Part shown: piece by piece, positions 11,039-21,993 of the stretch
Layout: every line of letters starts with the position of its first letter
Numbering within the stretch: position 1 is the first letter of the stretch
Source of the DNA: Vitrella brassicaformis CCMP3155
Lineage: Eukaryota > Protista > Chromerida
NCBI GenBank assembly: GCA_001179505.1
Contig: CDMY01000748.1
Coordinates: forward strand, 216,883-280,882
DNA length: 64,000 nucleotides
Direction: 5' to 3'
Translations under genes and position numbers: made by a program
Notes under the pieces: model-generated
The model's input: the letters and a program-made list of their open reading frames with translations, nothing else
Databases searched by the model: none
Told to the model about the DNA's origin: nothing

Positions 11039-13763
11039 ATGATGGATGGCTCGGAGGAGGATGATCCGTCGGGCCAGACCTCAGCATCTGGCACTATGAT
11101 TAGCAAGGTGAGAGGGCACCAACGGGGCGGAAGATGACCGGCGATTGAAAACAGGTTTGCTGCTGTGGTGTGTGTGGTTCGGTGCAGTTGTGTGCTGACG
11201 CTAGGGTGGTGCGCGATGGCCTTCAGCGGCTGCAGAGGGACGCACGGCAGAGCTGTGAGGCATTCCAACGAGAGGGCGACGTTCCTGCAGACTCGGTGGC
11301 GACGCTCCTGTCCCTCTCGGCTGCGTCCGCTCACGCGTCGGCTGCCGAGTCCTCCATTAGTGCGATGGTGGATGCCCTCAACAGAGCGGCGGCGTCACTC
11401 CCCCATCAGCCAGCGGAGGACATCGGTGCGTCTGCTGCCGCCGCCGCTGCTGTGGCCATGGAGGCGGCATCTGAAGAGCCCGGTGCTGAGGTATGGTGGA
11501 CTGAAGAGGGATGAGTGCAGGGCGGTGTATGGCATTTGTGAGTTGTTCCTATGTTGCTGGCCGGTGCAGAGTAGTATGGTAGAGGAGGAGGCTGCCCGGA
11601 CGCCATCGTTTCGCCTGACCCACACGTCGGGGAGACCGCCGACCAACGATGGACCGGTGAGAGCAAGACAGGGAAGACCACTGAAAAACATGACCTGGTG
11701 CGACCTCTGTCTCTGGATGTGGTTTGTGCAGCCCGCCCGTCGCCTCTCTCGCGATGAGCTGTCGGGTGTGTTCGGCTTCTACCAGCCATGGGAGCTGACC
11801 CCCGTCGCCCCCACGATCGGCAAGACCCTTGTCGGCTGGGCGGCCCAGCAGTACACCCACCTGACCATCGACGGGTCAGAGAGGGGCGGCGTGCATCAGC
11901 TGTGGGAGGGCATGCCGCTGGAGGTGGCATACCGGTGGGGCCGACGTGCCACCAACCTGGCCCACCTGCACCTCATATATCCTCGGGCTGCCAGCCTTTG
12001 GTGTCGTGGGATTTGGGTGGCGATTCTCGAGGGCAATGCAGCGGCTAGGAAGGCCACGAGGGAGAGGAGGGAGGAGGGGCAAGCCGAGGACGGGGCAGCG
12101 GCAGCGGCAGCAGCGGGGGCGTCCAGACAGGACGGCCCATCCGCCGCCTCATCCATCAAGGTCCTCAGCTTCGAGAAAGCCGTCGACGGAGAGCCGTATG
12201 CTGAGCTCAACGACGTCTCTGCCGACCCCCTGCCCCCCTTTCCCTCTCCCGTCGACCTGTCGGCCCTCGAGGAGGTCCATCGCATGCCTCACGGCTGTGC
12301 GGCCGTGCGCACGGGCGGTCGCGTGTGGCACACGCCATTAGTGCGGGTCATGACATTCGAGTCGGACGACGGTGATGATGAAGTGGAGGCGGCGAAGGAG
12401 TGGATGACGTCATGCGAGCATCTGGAGGTATTCGACGATGGCAATTCGTCGACCGTCGACAAGGTGCAGCTGCTGTCCGTGCCGCCCCCCGGCACTTCCC
12501 TCGCCCGCCTGCAGTCCATCGGCACCCTCGGCAAACATGGATGGGATTTGTATGAGGGGAATGCCGATGCCATGCGGGATGTGCTGGCCAGCATGCGGGA
12601 GGCCCTTGTGAAGCGGGGCCCTCGGCAAACATGGATGGGATTTGTATGAGGGGAATGCCGATGCCATGCGGGATGCGCTGGCCGCCTTGCAGCTGGCCCT
12701 CTTGGAGCGGGGATGTCGCAGGTCCCTCAGCGAGCTGCCCATCGCGGTCGAGGGGAAGATCACGACCGGGCACAAGGGGGTGTTGCGTGAGCTGGCACGG
12801 CTATCGGAGGCAGTGCTGCAGCCACAAGCCCTCGACAAGCCGCAGTTCAAGATAGAACGCGAGGGCGAGATGGAGCTGGAGCTCATCGAGTGGATGGCCA
12901 ATGAGAGCTCTCAGGTAGCAGACACACCATAGATGGCTGCACATTTATCCAATCACAACACAATCGTTGTCCCCAATGTGGTCTCTTTGCAGGTTCAGAA
13001 GCTCGTTCGTGAGTTTGCCGCTCTCGCTGGTGTAGTGTTGTACGAGAATGAGCTGACCGACGCCGCAGATACCGTATATTTCCCTCGCGCGACCATTTTC
13101 CGCTGTCCACCACGGCACCTGTCGGCAGAGGTGATCGACGGCCTGGCCAGGACGGTCGCCAACAGCATGCCGCAGTGCCGCACCATCGAATTCGTGGACA
13201 CAGAGACGCACCTTGACGCGGCGAAGAATGCTGTGGTGTTCCTGAAGGCGCTCAAGAGGCACATGGCCACAGGGGAGGGACAGGGGGGCAGTAGCAGCGG
13301 CAGTGAGGGGGAGAGGCGACTGTCGGTGAAGATCGAGGTGTCGGCGGGTTGCATCTCAGATCGTAGCCGGCCGCTGCAGGGGTGGACGAGCCACGACCTG
13401 CCGGCCATCGACGACGTGCATCTCGATGTGAAGGGTAAACGGGAGTGGAATGGGCAGACCGACTGAGCAATTCCTCGCGTCACATTTGGCTGCCTGCATT
13501 GGTGTGGCTGTGCAGGCGGCTTGCCAGCTGGCGCGACGGAGGAGGTGCTCAACGGCTCGCTCATGGCGTCGCTCGCTGGCATCATGTCGCGACCCGGTGT
13601 GCGCAAGGCGTCCGCGTCGCTTCACCGCCCATCTCTCCGTCAGGGCGTGCGGCGGCTCTTCAACACGCAGCTGGCGGGGCTCAGCCTGCTGGGCGCACCG
13701 AACACCATCACCATGGGGCACCACATCTTCACCAGCACCATCACCGTTGCCAGACGCACATGA
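11039..13763 (+). pseudogene. F-box-like/degenerate LRR-like family gene interrupted by an out-of-frame 94-bp tandem duplication
   Basis: Exons 11039-11107, 11188-11490, 11570-11656, 11732-12914, 12993-13434, 13516-13763 join in frame except across 12525-12712, where the duplication leads to TGA at 12647-12649. The family call rests on remembered similarity to an expanded Vitrella protein family. Confidence 0.55.
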
Positions 13764-15362
13764 TTGCTACACACCTACCGGTGAGAGTGGAATTGGCGTG
13801 ACAGACAGAAAGAGCAGGTGTGGGCAGTGACCTGATCGGCTTCTGCGTGTGTGTGTGTGTTTGTCTTTAGGTAGCCGTAGATATTGACAGCCAGCTCCTC
13901 GGCTGATGGTTGGAGTGTTGGTGGCTGTGGGCGGGGCGGAGGGACACACAGCCGATGGGATCTAGCCGTTAATCGATGGACGGAGACTAGTGGATGGATG
14001 GACGAGTGTGTATGACTGACGGCCGGAAACGAGATGAGTCCGTGTGCATGTGTGTGTCATTCTTGTGAATCCATGTCTATGTGTGTCGGGTCCGTCACTC
14101 AGCTGCTGGCCACCTGCATACACGTCATCATCTCAGGCCAGGCCGATGTCAGAAGTGTCGGTTTCATCTAGGTGCCACACTTCAACCATCGAAAACAACG
14201 CGTGTGCACATACTGCCCCCCCTGTGGTCCCGTCAGACAGAGCAGGATTGAATGCCGACAAAGACATCCACGTGCAGGATTGAATGTCACACACGCGAAC
14301 GGCCGGCAGACATTCACTGCACGTCAGCTACTGCGACCTAATGTAACCGTACCAACACAAGCAAGTACATAATGCTCTGTGACTGCCTATGTGGCTCTCC
14401 GCCCCTCAATGCAAAGAGGCACATGAAGACAGACAGTCGTCACCCACGGGAATCCAGTGCACGTCGAGCGACTGTACACGTCTATGCGTTAGTTGACGAT
14501 ATCTCAATGCATGCACAGGCGGCTGCGCAACAATTCAGCAAGAGACCAGTAACGTACCTACGTACGCCGATGGATGGACCAAACAGAGTGCAGAGCGTGC
14601 CGACTGCCTTCTCCCCCCCTCCCCTTCCCGTCGACTTTGCGGGTGCGTCCATGTGTTGTGGTCGATGAGAAGGCCGCCCGGCCCTCTCATGCGCCCAACC
14701 GCTGTAACTTCCCAGCCGACACATGAATAGACAGACAGACCAGACTGACAAGACAGAGAAAAAAAACCCGTGCACCGTCTGAGACACCCCCATGCCCCCA
14801 CGATTTTTTGGAGGCCCCCAGGGCTGTGAGAGTGTAAAAAGTTGGTGATGTTCAAGAACCGCTCAGAGTGCTGTGTAGGTGTGGATGCGTATTCCGGTAG
14901 ATCACTCGTTGGCCAATGGAGAGTATCAGCTATAACGACAAATTTGACACAATGAAGGAAGAGCTCGAGGTCACAGCATCTGTGTGACACATGTATATAT
15001 CATACACGGCCTCAAATCATTCCGCGTCGCATCACAAAGCACACAAGTGGACTTGGGACAGCAGCACCGGCAGCAGCGTACACAGACAGGAAATTATGTA
15101 CGGCTGCACGACAAAAGATACATGACTCGGCTTGATACATGGATGCCACGTGGATGTGTGGCAGAGAGGATCCCCACCCTCACAGGCACCCAGGCACCCA
15201 GGCAGGCCACAAAAAGCAGCAGCAACATCCTACCTACCAGCCTCTCATTGCTGGCTGCATACATCGGTCAGCTGACATAGCTACGGAGAGAAAAAGCCTA
15301 CCGGTGCCCACCACCCGCCGACCACCCTCTCTCTCTACAGTCTGTCTGGGCTCTGCCCATGC

Positions 15363-17056
15363 CTACTTGATGATTTTGAGCAGCCTGAGCTCTACGTATC
15401 CCGTCTTCTTGGATATCTTGCGGACCTCTGGGGGAACGATTAGGCGTCGCGTCTCGCCCACCTTCATGCTCGTCAAGGCCTCACGCGACCACCGCCCCAG
15501 CGTCGACACCTTCTTCTCCCACCCCCTGCAGACACAACACAAAACACGCACAAGACACAGCAATGCAGGCAAGCAGGCAGGTACGTATGACACAGGCTGG
15601 TTGGGTGTGGGTGGCTGCGTACTGGTAGTGGAATGCTTTTGTCTCGCTGTCGAATGAGTCTGCCCACTCGATGTAGTCGTACTGGATGTGGCTGTCGAGC
15701 TGCGGCTTGGGGCCGGTGCCCGCCGTCACGATCTCGTAGCGCACTCCCAGCGGGCTCTCCTCATACTTGACGCTATCCATGTGACACACACACACAGAGG
15801 GGAAAGATTCGACCATTTCTTCAATGGGTCTTTTCTTCGGGCGGCTGGCGTACCTGAGATCGACACCGTACATGGCGGCGGTTTTGTTGAAGAAGTCCTG
15901 CTTGGGGCCGTTGCCCATCTTGAGCGGCACAGCCACGCAGCCCTGCAGACACTCGTCAGTGACGGCGGCGGCGTGTCGTTTGCGGCGGTGGTAGTCGACC
16001 AGTCGACGGATGTGCTCCTCCGACACGTCCTCAACGGCAGCGGGCCACCTGCAGACACACACAGCGACCAAAGGGGAAACGTCTGTTCCCCGCCCGCCTC
16101 GTGTGTGGTGTGTGTGGTGGTCACTTACAGTTGGAATCTACTTGCCAGTGCGACGTTGCCCATCTCAGTGAGTGTGGAGTCGGCCGTCATGATGACCTTG
16201 CCACACACCTCCACCGAGCGAATGGGATCGTCGCCACTGACGGGCTTCAGGAAGGCACTCACAGCCTAAAGAGCACACAGACACACAGACACACACTGAC
16301 AAGGATCCTTCGCCCTGATCCCTGCCCCTCTCTGCCCACCGTGACTTCCTTGATGAGGCCGTCGTACTGGTGCTTCTGTTGCTGCACCTCCTCGTCCACT
16401 TTGGCCTTCTCCGCCATGTAGCCCTTGAGGAACGACTCGACGGTCTTGCAGAACCCCCGCAGCTCATCCACGCCGCCGGCCGACACCGAGGGCGCCTCGT
16501 CGGTGCGGATGCGCTTGCGGGAGGGCTTCTCGATGGGCGACAGCAGCCGACGCACCCAGAAGTCATGAAGACCTGCACACACACAAAGAGGCAGAGGCAC
16601 AGGCCGTCCACACACACCCATTGCCCTCTCGTTGCCGTGAGCACCTCTGTAGTTGCGGTTGGCCATCTCGGTCATGAGCAGGTCGACGGCCGCCTTGCCG
16701 CCCTCAAACAGCGTGTTGCGCACCTTCTCGAACGCCTCGGACTCCATGTCGATGAAAATGCGATTGTCTGCGTCGCGAATGAGCCGCCCGTCCCACCGGC
16801 CAGAGAACAGGGCCGCCAGCACAGTGCCCTTAATGCTGGTCAGGTGCTTGCGGCGGACACACGACTGACTCCCGCCGACATTCAGCAGCAGCAGGTCGTC
16901 GCCAGAGGCCGCCGATCCGTCAGATGCGCCATGCTGGGCCATCGCTTTGGTGATGTCGTAGGCGTTGTCCTTGCGCCGCTCATCAAGGGATTCGAGCAGC
17001 GCCACGACGTGGCGGTCGAGCTGCGACGTCGCATTGACGCGAGTGAGCGGCTCCAT
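15363..17056 (-). CDS. BTB/POZ + coiled coil + degenerate BTB-like segment + FKBP-like domain (paralog 3)
   Basis: Exons 17056-16645, 16572-16340, 16265-16129, 16048-15854, 15772-15623, 15525-15363. Motif LLLNVGG...GTVLAALFSGRWDGRLIRDADNRIFID. The C-terminus reads ...WSREALTSMKVGETRRLIVPPE...YVELRLLKIIK*. Confidence 0.85.
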
Positions 17057-17221
17057 AGTCACAGGATGATAAACGCTGACACACACAGAGCAACAGACGA
17101 CTGAGGGATGGATGGATGGATACCGGATGGATGACACATTGAATGGCTGCGTTTCTGACCTGAAGTGGTTGGTTGGTTGGTTGGTTGGTGGCTGGGGAAT
17201 TGCCTTCGCTCGGCACCATGA

Positions 17222-17228
17222 AGCTCGC
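17222..17228 (+). promoter_or_regulatory. AGCTCGC candidate promoter element
   Basis: Between ATG 17056(-) and 17362(+). Confidence 0.5.
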
Positions 17229-17361
17229 AAAAGCTTCTGCCTCAAGTGCAATCAATTGAATTGGCGTTGTCACACAAGGTACACGAAGCTTGGAATGGCA
17301 AACAGCTGTCCGTTGATGCGCCTGCCGCTGTGTCTGTCGCAGATCTCGTCTGTGCTATCAG

Positions 17362-18612
17362 ATGAACGGCCTCATGCTCGCCCCCTACCCCCTCCCGCAG
17401 CGCTACACCATACCCAAGGATGTCTGCGGTATCTGCCGCTGCTCCCTCGCCCTCACCAGCGACTTGGCAAGACTCAAATGCGGCCATCTTCACTGCTGGC
17501 AGGTGGGCGAGACCGCTCGGGGAAGGGCTGTCTGCCTGGCTGATGAATACACGTGTGTCTGTCTTGTCGCTGTGTTGTTCTCGGAAGTGCGTCAAGGGGC
17601 TCCCGGGCTGTGCCGATGCCGACAGTTCCGCTGACAAGGGGATGGAGGACTACGGGCCGCTCTCATGCCCGACATGCCACAAGGTGACGCTCATATGAAT
17701 GAACGCATGAACACACCTGCCCGTCAATGGTTGCCTGTCTGTCTGTCTGTCTGCCTTTTGTTGTCAGGGGTCGGAGCTCGTCGAGCGCATCCGCAAGCCC
17801 TCGGCCTCCTTGGTGCCCGACGTGTGTGGCGGGCCCTTCCGTGATGTGACCGTCACGGAGGCCGAAGGCACAGTCGCCGTGTGGAAGGCCAGCTACTACC
17901 TCCCCTTCTGTGTCAACCAAGAGGTGGTTGTCGGCTGGGGCGATCTCAACTTCGTCAACTGGAAGCTCGAGACGGCCCACATCGTGGCGAAGCTCACCCG
18001 CGACACGCTGGCTGTGACCTGCAAGCGCCTCGCCGCCAGCCACAAGACGGCTGACGCCATTTTCGAGGCTTTGCGGTGGGATGCAGAGGCGGAGGCCTTC
18101 CGTGCTGGGCTGCGTGTCAAGGACGCCCTGGCGTCGGCGTGCCAAGACCAGATCAGGCGACTCGCGGGCAGAAAGCACAAGAAGAGGTAAGTCGTTCAGT
18201 CTGTCTGTCGCGGAGCTAGTGTGTGTGTCACTATCTATGGGTGTGTGTCAGGTCTGGTGCGTCGTTTGGCGAGGGGAGTTGTGTGTGGGTGTGTGGTGTG
18301 GTGGGCCGGCCGGAGTATAACGGCCTTGAGGGCAAGGTGACCGCCATTCTGCCGCCCAACACACCGGACAACAAGAGTGACGTCACGCGGTGAGAGGGTG
18401 CACGCCTGACAGAAGACACACATGGCAGGAAGGGATGGCAGAACTATGCACTCATGTCTGTTGTATGTGTGTTTAGGTATCATGTGTGTCTGTCATTGTG
18501 CGGCCAGTTGGTGTCTTTGCGTGCCGACAATCTTCGCGGCTCTGACACCCCTATGACGGACGCGAAGCTGATGGCCCACTGCTTCCGCACAATGAGCCTC
18601 GGCAAGAAGTGA
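17362..18612 (+). CDS. C3HC4 RING-finger protein with a C-terminal SH3-like beta domain
   Basis: Exons 17362-17502, 17588-17683, 17768-18186, 18252-18389, 18477-18612. RING pattern CGIC...CGHLHCWQC...CPTC. The C-terminal motif is FGEGSCVWVCGVVGRPEYNGLEGKV...RYHVCL....LVSLRADNL. One acceptor (GGAAG at 17587) is weak. Confidence 0.7.
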
Positions 18613-19491
18613 ACGGGTGGGTGACCCTATCGACCGACTTCTAACGAGTTGGACTGGGGTGCTCTCCTGTGCGGCGTGTCGAATCATTCAAGAGCACTGA
18701 ATCAGGGGTGGGGGGTATGACATGCAGGGAAGTGGTTTTTCTGTGTTCCCTGAATCTCGAATGTGTCCAATAACCTTCATTCACATGCCTAGTAGGACCA
18801 ATTGCTGTCTGTGTCGTTTTTGCCATGCCCTGCTGCCGTGCCGTCGGGGTGCTTTATTCACATGGTGCTGCTGACATGACAAGTGCTCATGCGTCATGCC
18901 ACTTGCTCCGACTGACGTGCGTCATGTGTACTGTGCATACCTTGGAAGGGACCTATATATAATTCCGCCAGGTACACATGTGATGTGCGAGAAGTGAGAG
19001 AGGGACTCAATCTTGGGGCTTTGTCTGTCTGTGCCATGGATGAAGGCAATTGGATTGAAAATGTCATTAACATTGTCGGCGAGAGTGTCATGAGCCTTCC
19101 ACGCACGTGTACATCCATGAGAGCACTGTCCATCCATCCACTCATGGGCACCTCCATCAATCCATCCATCCATGGTACACCTGACGAGCCCATCGGGCAT
19201 CACACATGCACCGCCAGAAAAACAGGCACTTTCGGACAGATACGGCAGCCATCCCGTCACAGATAACACACAGAGAGAGAGGGAGAGACAGAGAGACTCG
19301 CATCCATCCGTCCATCCATCCAGCCCATTGAGCAGCAATGCGTTGCAAACCGTTGTGTTGTGTCTCTTTTAGTATCTCTGTCTGGTGTTTGTCTGTTGCA
19401 CCTCTGGGAAGTGTGATCACCCGTGCCAGAATATCCCTCATGCATACGTGCGCATCCATTCATCCCTCCCTTGCTGTGTCTTGCGGATTGA

Positions 19492-19873
19492 TCAGATGAG
19501 AGGTCGGGGGCTCTTGTCGTTGTTGTCGATGCCGTTGCCATCCGCCGGCTTGATGAGTGCCAGCAGGTTGGCCGCCATCCTGCGACGCCACTGCTCCCGA
19601 AGCACGAAGGCCGGCATCGGCACGTTCTCCCTGCATGCGCACATCATTGCAAATGACATTGTCCGCTCCGTCTCTCTCCTCAGTTGCGTACGGGTGCGGC
19701 GAGCGCTTAAATTCTGGGCGGTACCAGCGCTTCGGGCGGCGCTCGTCGGGTATCGGGGGCTCGCCATAATCCATCACGTTGACGTTGAATGGCTCCCGGG
19801 CCTCCTCGTCGTTGAGGAGGCGGACGCCGGGAACCCACAGGGCCAGGCGGCTGCCGACCACACGAGTCGACAT
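19492..19873 (-). CDS. Small (about 106 aa) protein of unknown function
   Basis: Exons 19873-19692 and 19630-19492 join in phase 2 across a GT-AG intron, giving MSTRVVGSRLALWVPG...DYGEPPIPDERRPKRWYRPEFKRSPHPENVPMPAFVLREQWRRRMAANLLALIK...*. Confidence 0.55.
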
Positions 19874-19977
19874 GCGAACGATGCTGTGCGAGTTGATTTG
19901 CAATGAGATGGCTTTCTGAAAGTAATTGAGTCCGAAGTTGGTGGGGCTGGGGGCTGGGGTTTCAAACCCTCCAGGGC

Positions 19978-19984
19978 AGCTCGC
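19978..19984 (+). promoter_or_regulatory. AGCTCGC candidate promoter element
   Basis: Between ATG 19873(-) and 20040(+). Confidence 0.45.
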
Positions 19985-20039
19985 CCGTCAAACTGAGGGG
20001 CGATGAGCAGATGGATTGAAGGAGGCTTTTGAGGCGAGA

Positions 20040-20862
20040 ATGCGGCGTAGATCGCGCTCCCGCGGTCGTCGGGACGCCTCTTTTCCTCCTCGTCATGACA
20101 CCGGCGACAGTGACGCCTTGGAGGTTGCTGATGTGAGAGGACGGCAGCTGCGTGCCCTCAAGCATCGCAAGAAGCCCTCTGGCGACGCTGAGGGAGCCGA
20201 TGGCGAGAAACAGGCAAAGGGCGGCGAGAGGGAGGGTAGCATCAAGGGCGGCAAGGGCGACAGTGTCGGAGACGACGGGCAGGGAGGGGGCGAGGGAGAA
20301 CTCTGCAGTGTCTGCCAGGTGGGCGAGGAAGCTGGAGACACGATGAGGCGCACACACGTCGGGTGCAGTGAAAGATCATGCGCTGCATCAATGGCTGTGT
20401 GTCGTGGTGTCTGTCATGTGTGTCGACATCGTGTTGCAGCAAACACTTAGCGTGTGTGACGTGGGGAGTTTGGCGTGTGCGCATTCCTTCTGCTACCGGT
20501 GCATCCTCTCGTGGGCGCGTCGCGGCACCACCCAGTGCCCCGTCTGCCGCGCCACATTCGACAAGATCATCCGACACACACGCAACATGCACAAGATGCA
20601 GCTGCGACCCCGACAGGCACCGGCACCCGCATCTGCATCTGCAGCGGCTTCGACGTCCGCATCGGCCAGTGCGGCCAGTGCCAGCGTGGCTGCGAGTGCG
20701 GCTGCGAGTGGGGGTGGAGGGCAGCAACAGCAGCAGTCATCGGAGTGGGTGGAGCAGGTCGTGTGTGTGGCTCAGCGGCTGCCGGCGCCGCCCCCCCTGC
20801 CCAACCCCATGCTGATGGGCTTCATCGAGGCCCTCAACCAGCAGGCCCTCAACCAGCACTAA
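20040..20862 (+). CDS. C3HC4 RING-finger protein (putative E3 ligase)
   Basis: Exons 20040-20318 and 20440-20862. RING pattern CSVC|Q...CAHSFCYRC...CPVC, with a basic RS-rich N-terminus and an Ala/Ser/Gln-rich tail. Confidence 0.8.
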
Positions 20863-21993
20863 CTCACTCACTCTCTAGAAAACGGGGACGGAGGGAGAGG
20901 GGAGAGAGAGGGGAGAGAGGTAGCGGCGTGCGTGTCATGGTGTGTATGTATGTATTGCATAAGTTTGCCCTCTGGACTTGCCTGCCTACCTGGATGGATG
21001 GATGGATGGATATCAGCGAGAAATGGTTATGCGAAGCGGCGTTTGCTTTGTTTGCCTTCGGTCCTGTCTTGTCATGGTCGTACGCATTTCGCACTGACCA
21101 TCCTCGGTTGGTGTGAGAGACGTGCGGGCGCGACAAGAAGGAACGGCGGCAGACACAACCACGCCTCGGCTCGTCAGACAGACAGACAGCAGCAGTACTT
21201 ACTGATTGGCATGGCAATCACACGTACCGCACGATCGCCAGAAGTTTTGTCCTGCATAATACAGTACGGAGAGGAGCCCGGACGCTTTGAAATGATATGG
21301 TCTGTCTCTCTCTCTTTCGGGGTACTCGAGGGGGTGTTTTTGCAATGCATCTGGGTGGGATGGATGGATGGACGGTATGTCTGCAGAGAGAGGGGTATCC
21401 AGGTTGCATCGCTTTGTACCGAATTGTGCACTCCTTCCTTCCCTTGGTCAAACCGGCTGGCTGGCTGACTGTTTGGCTGATGTGATTGATGTACATACGA
21501 AGAATGAAATGCGTGGGCCTGACTGACTGACTGAGTGGATGGATGGATGCATGGATGGATGGATGGAGGGTTGTCTGCGCGCCTGCCTGCCTGCCTGCCT
21601 GAGTTGCAATGACAAGAGACGAGGTTGGTTTGAATGTTCCAGTTCGCCGAGTGTCTCTCTTTCTTCGGTCTCCTTGATCGTATTTCCATGTCCTCCTCTG
21701 ACTGTGGCCTCAGCACTCTACACAGATGTGCTGGAGACCCAGTTTGAGAAGGCGATGCGCTGATACGTCGAGGAGGCTGGAGAGGAACAGTCGTGCGTGT
21801 GTGTGTGGACCGACACTAGCTCTCGATGAGACGCTGTCGATTGTGTGTTCGCTTATTGCATCTTTGACTGCTCATGCCACGCGCATTCACTGCCCATCAA
21901 CTGAGGGTCTATACACACAGACCAGCGAGCGCCACGAACGATGCCCCGCGCAACACAGCACATGACATGCGTCAACCCCCTAGCTAGCCTGCC

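Noticed and set aside
21725-21763. Possible extra terminal exon (DVLETQFEKAMR*) for the RING gene at 20040
   Set aside because: The RING ORF already ends at 20862, and no phase-compatible donor was identified.
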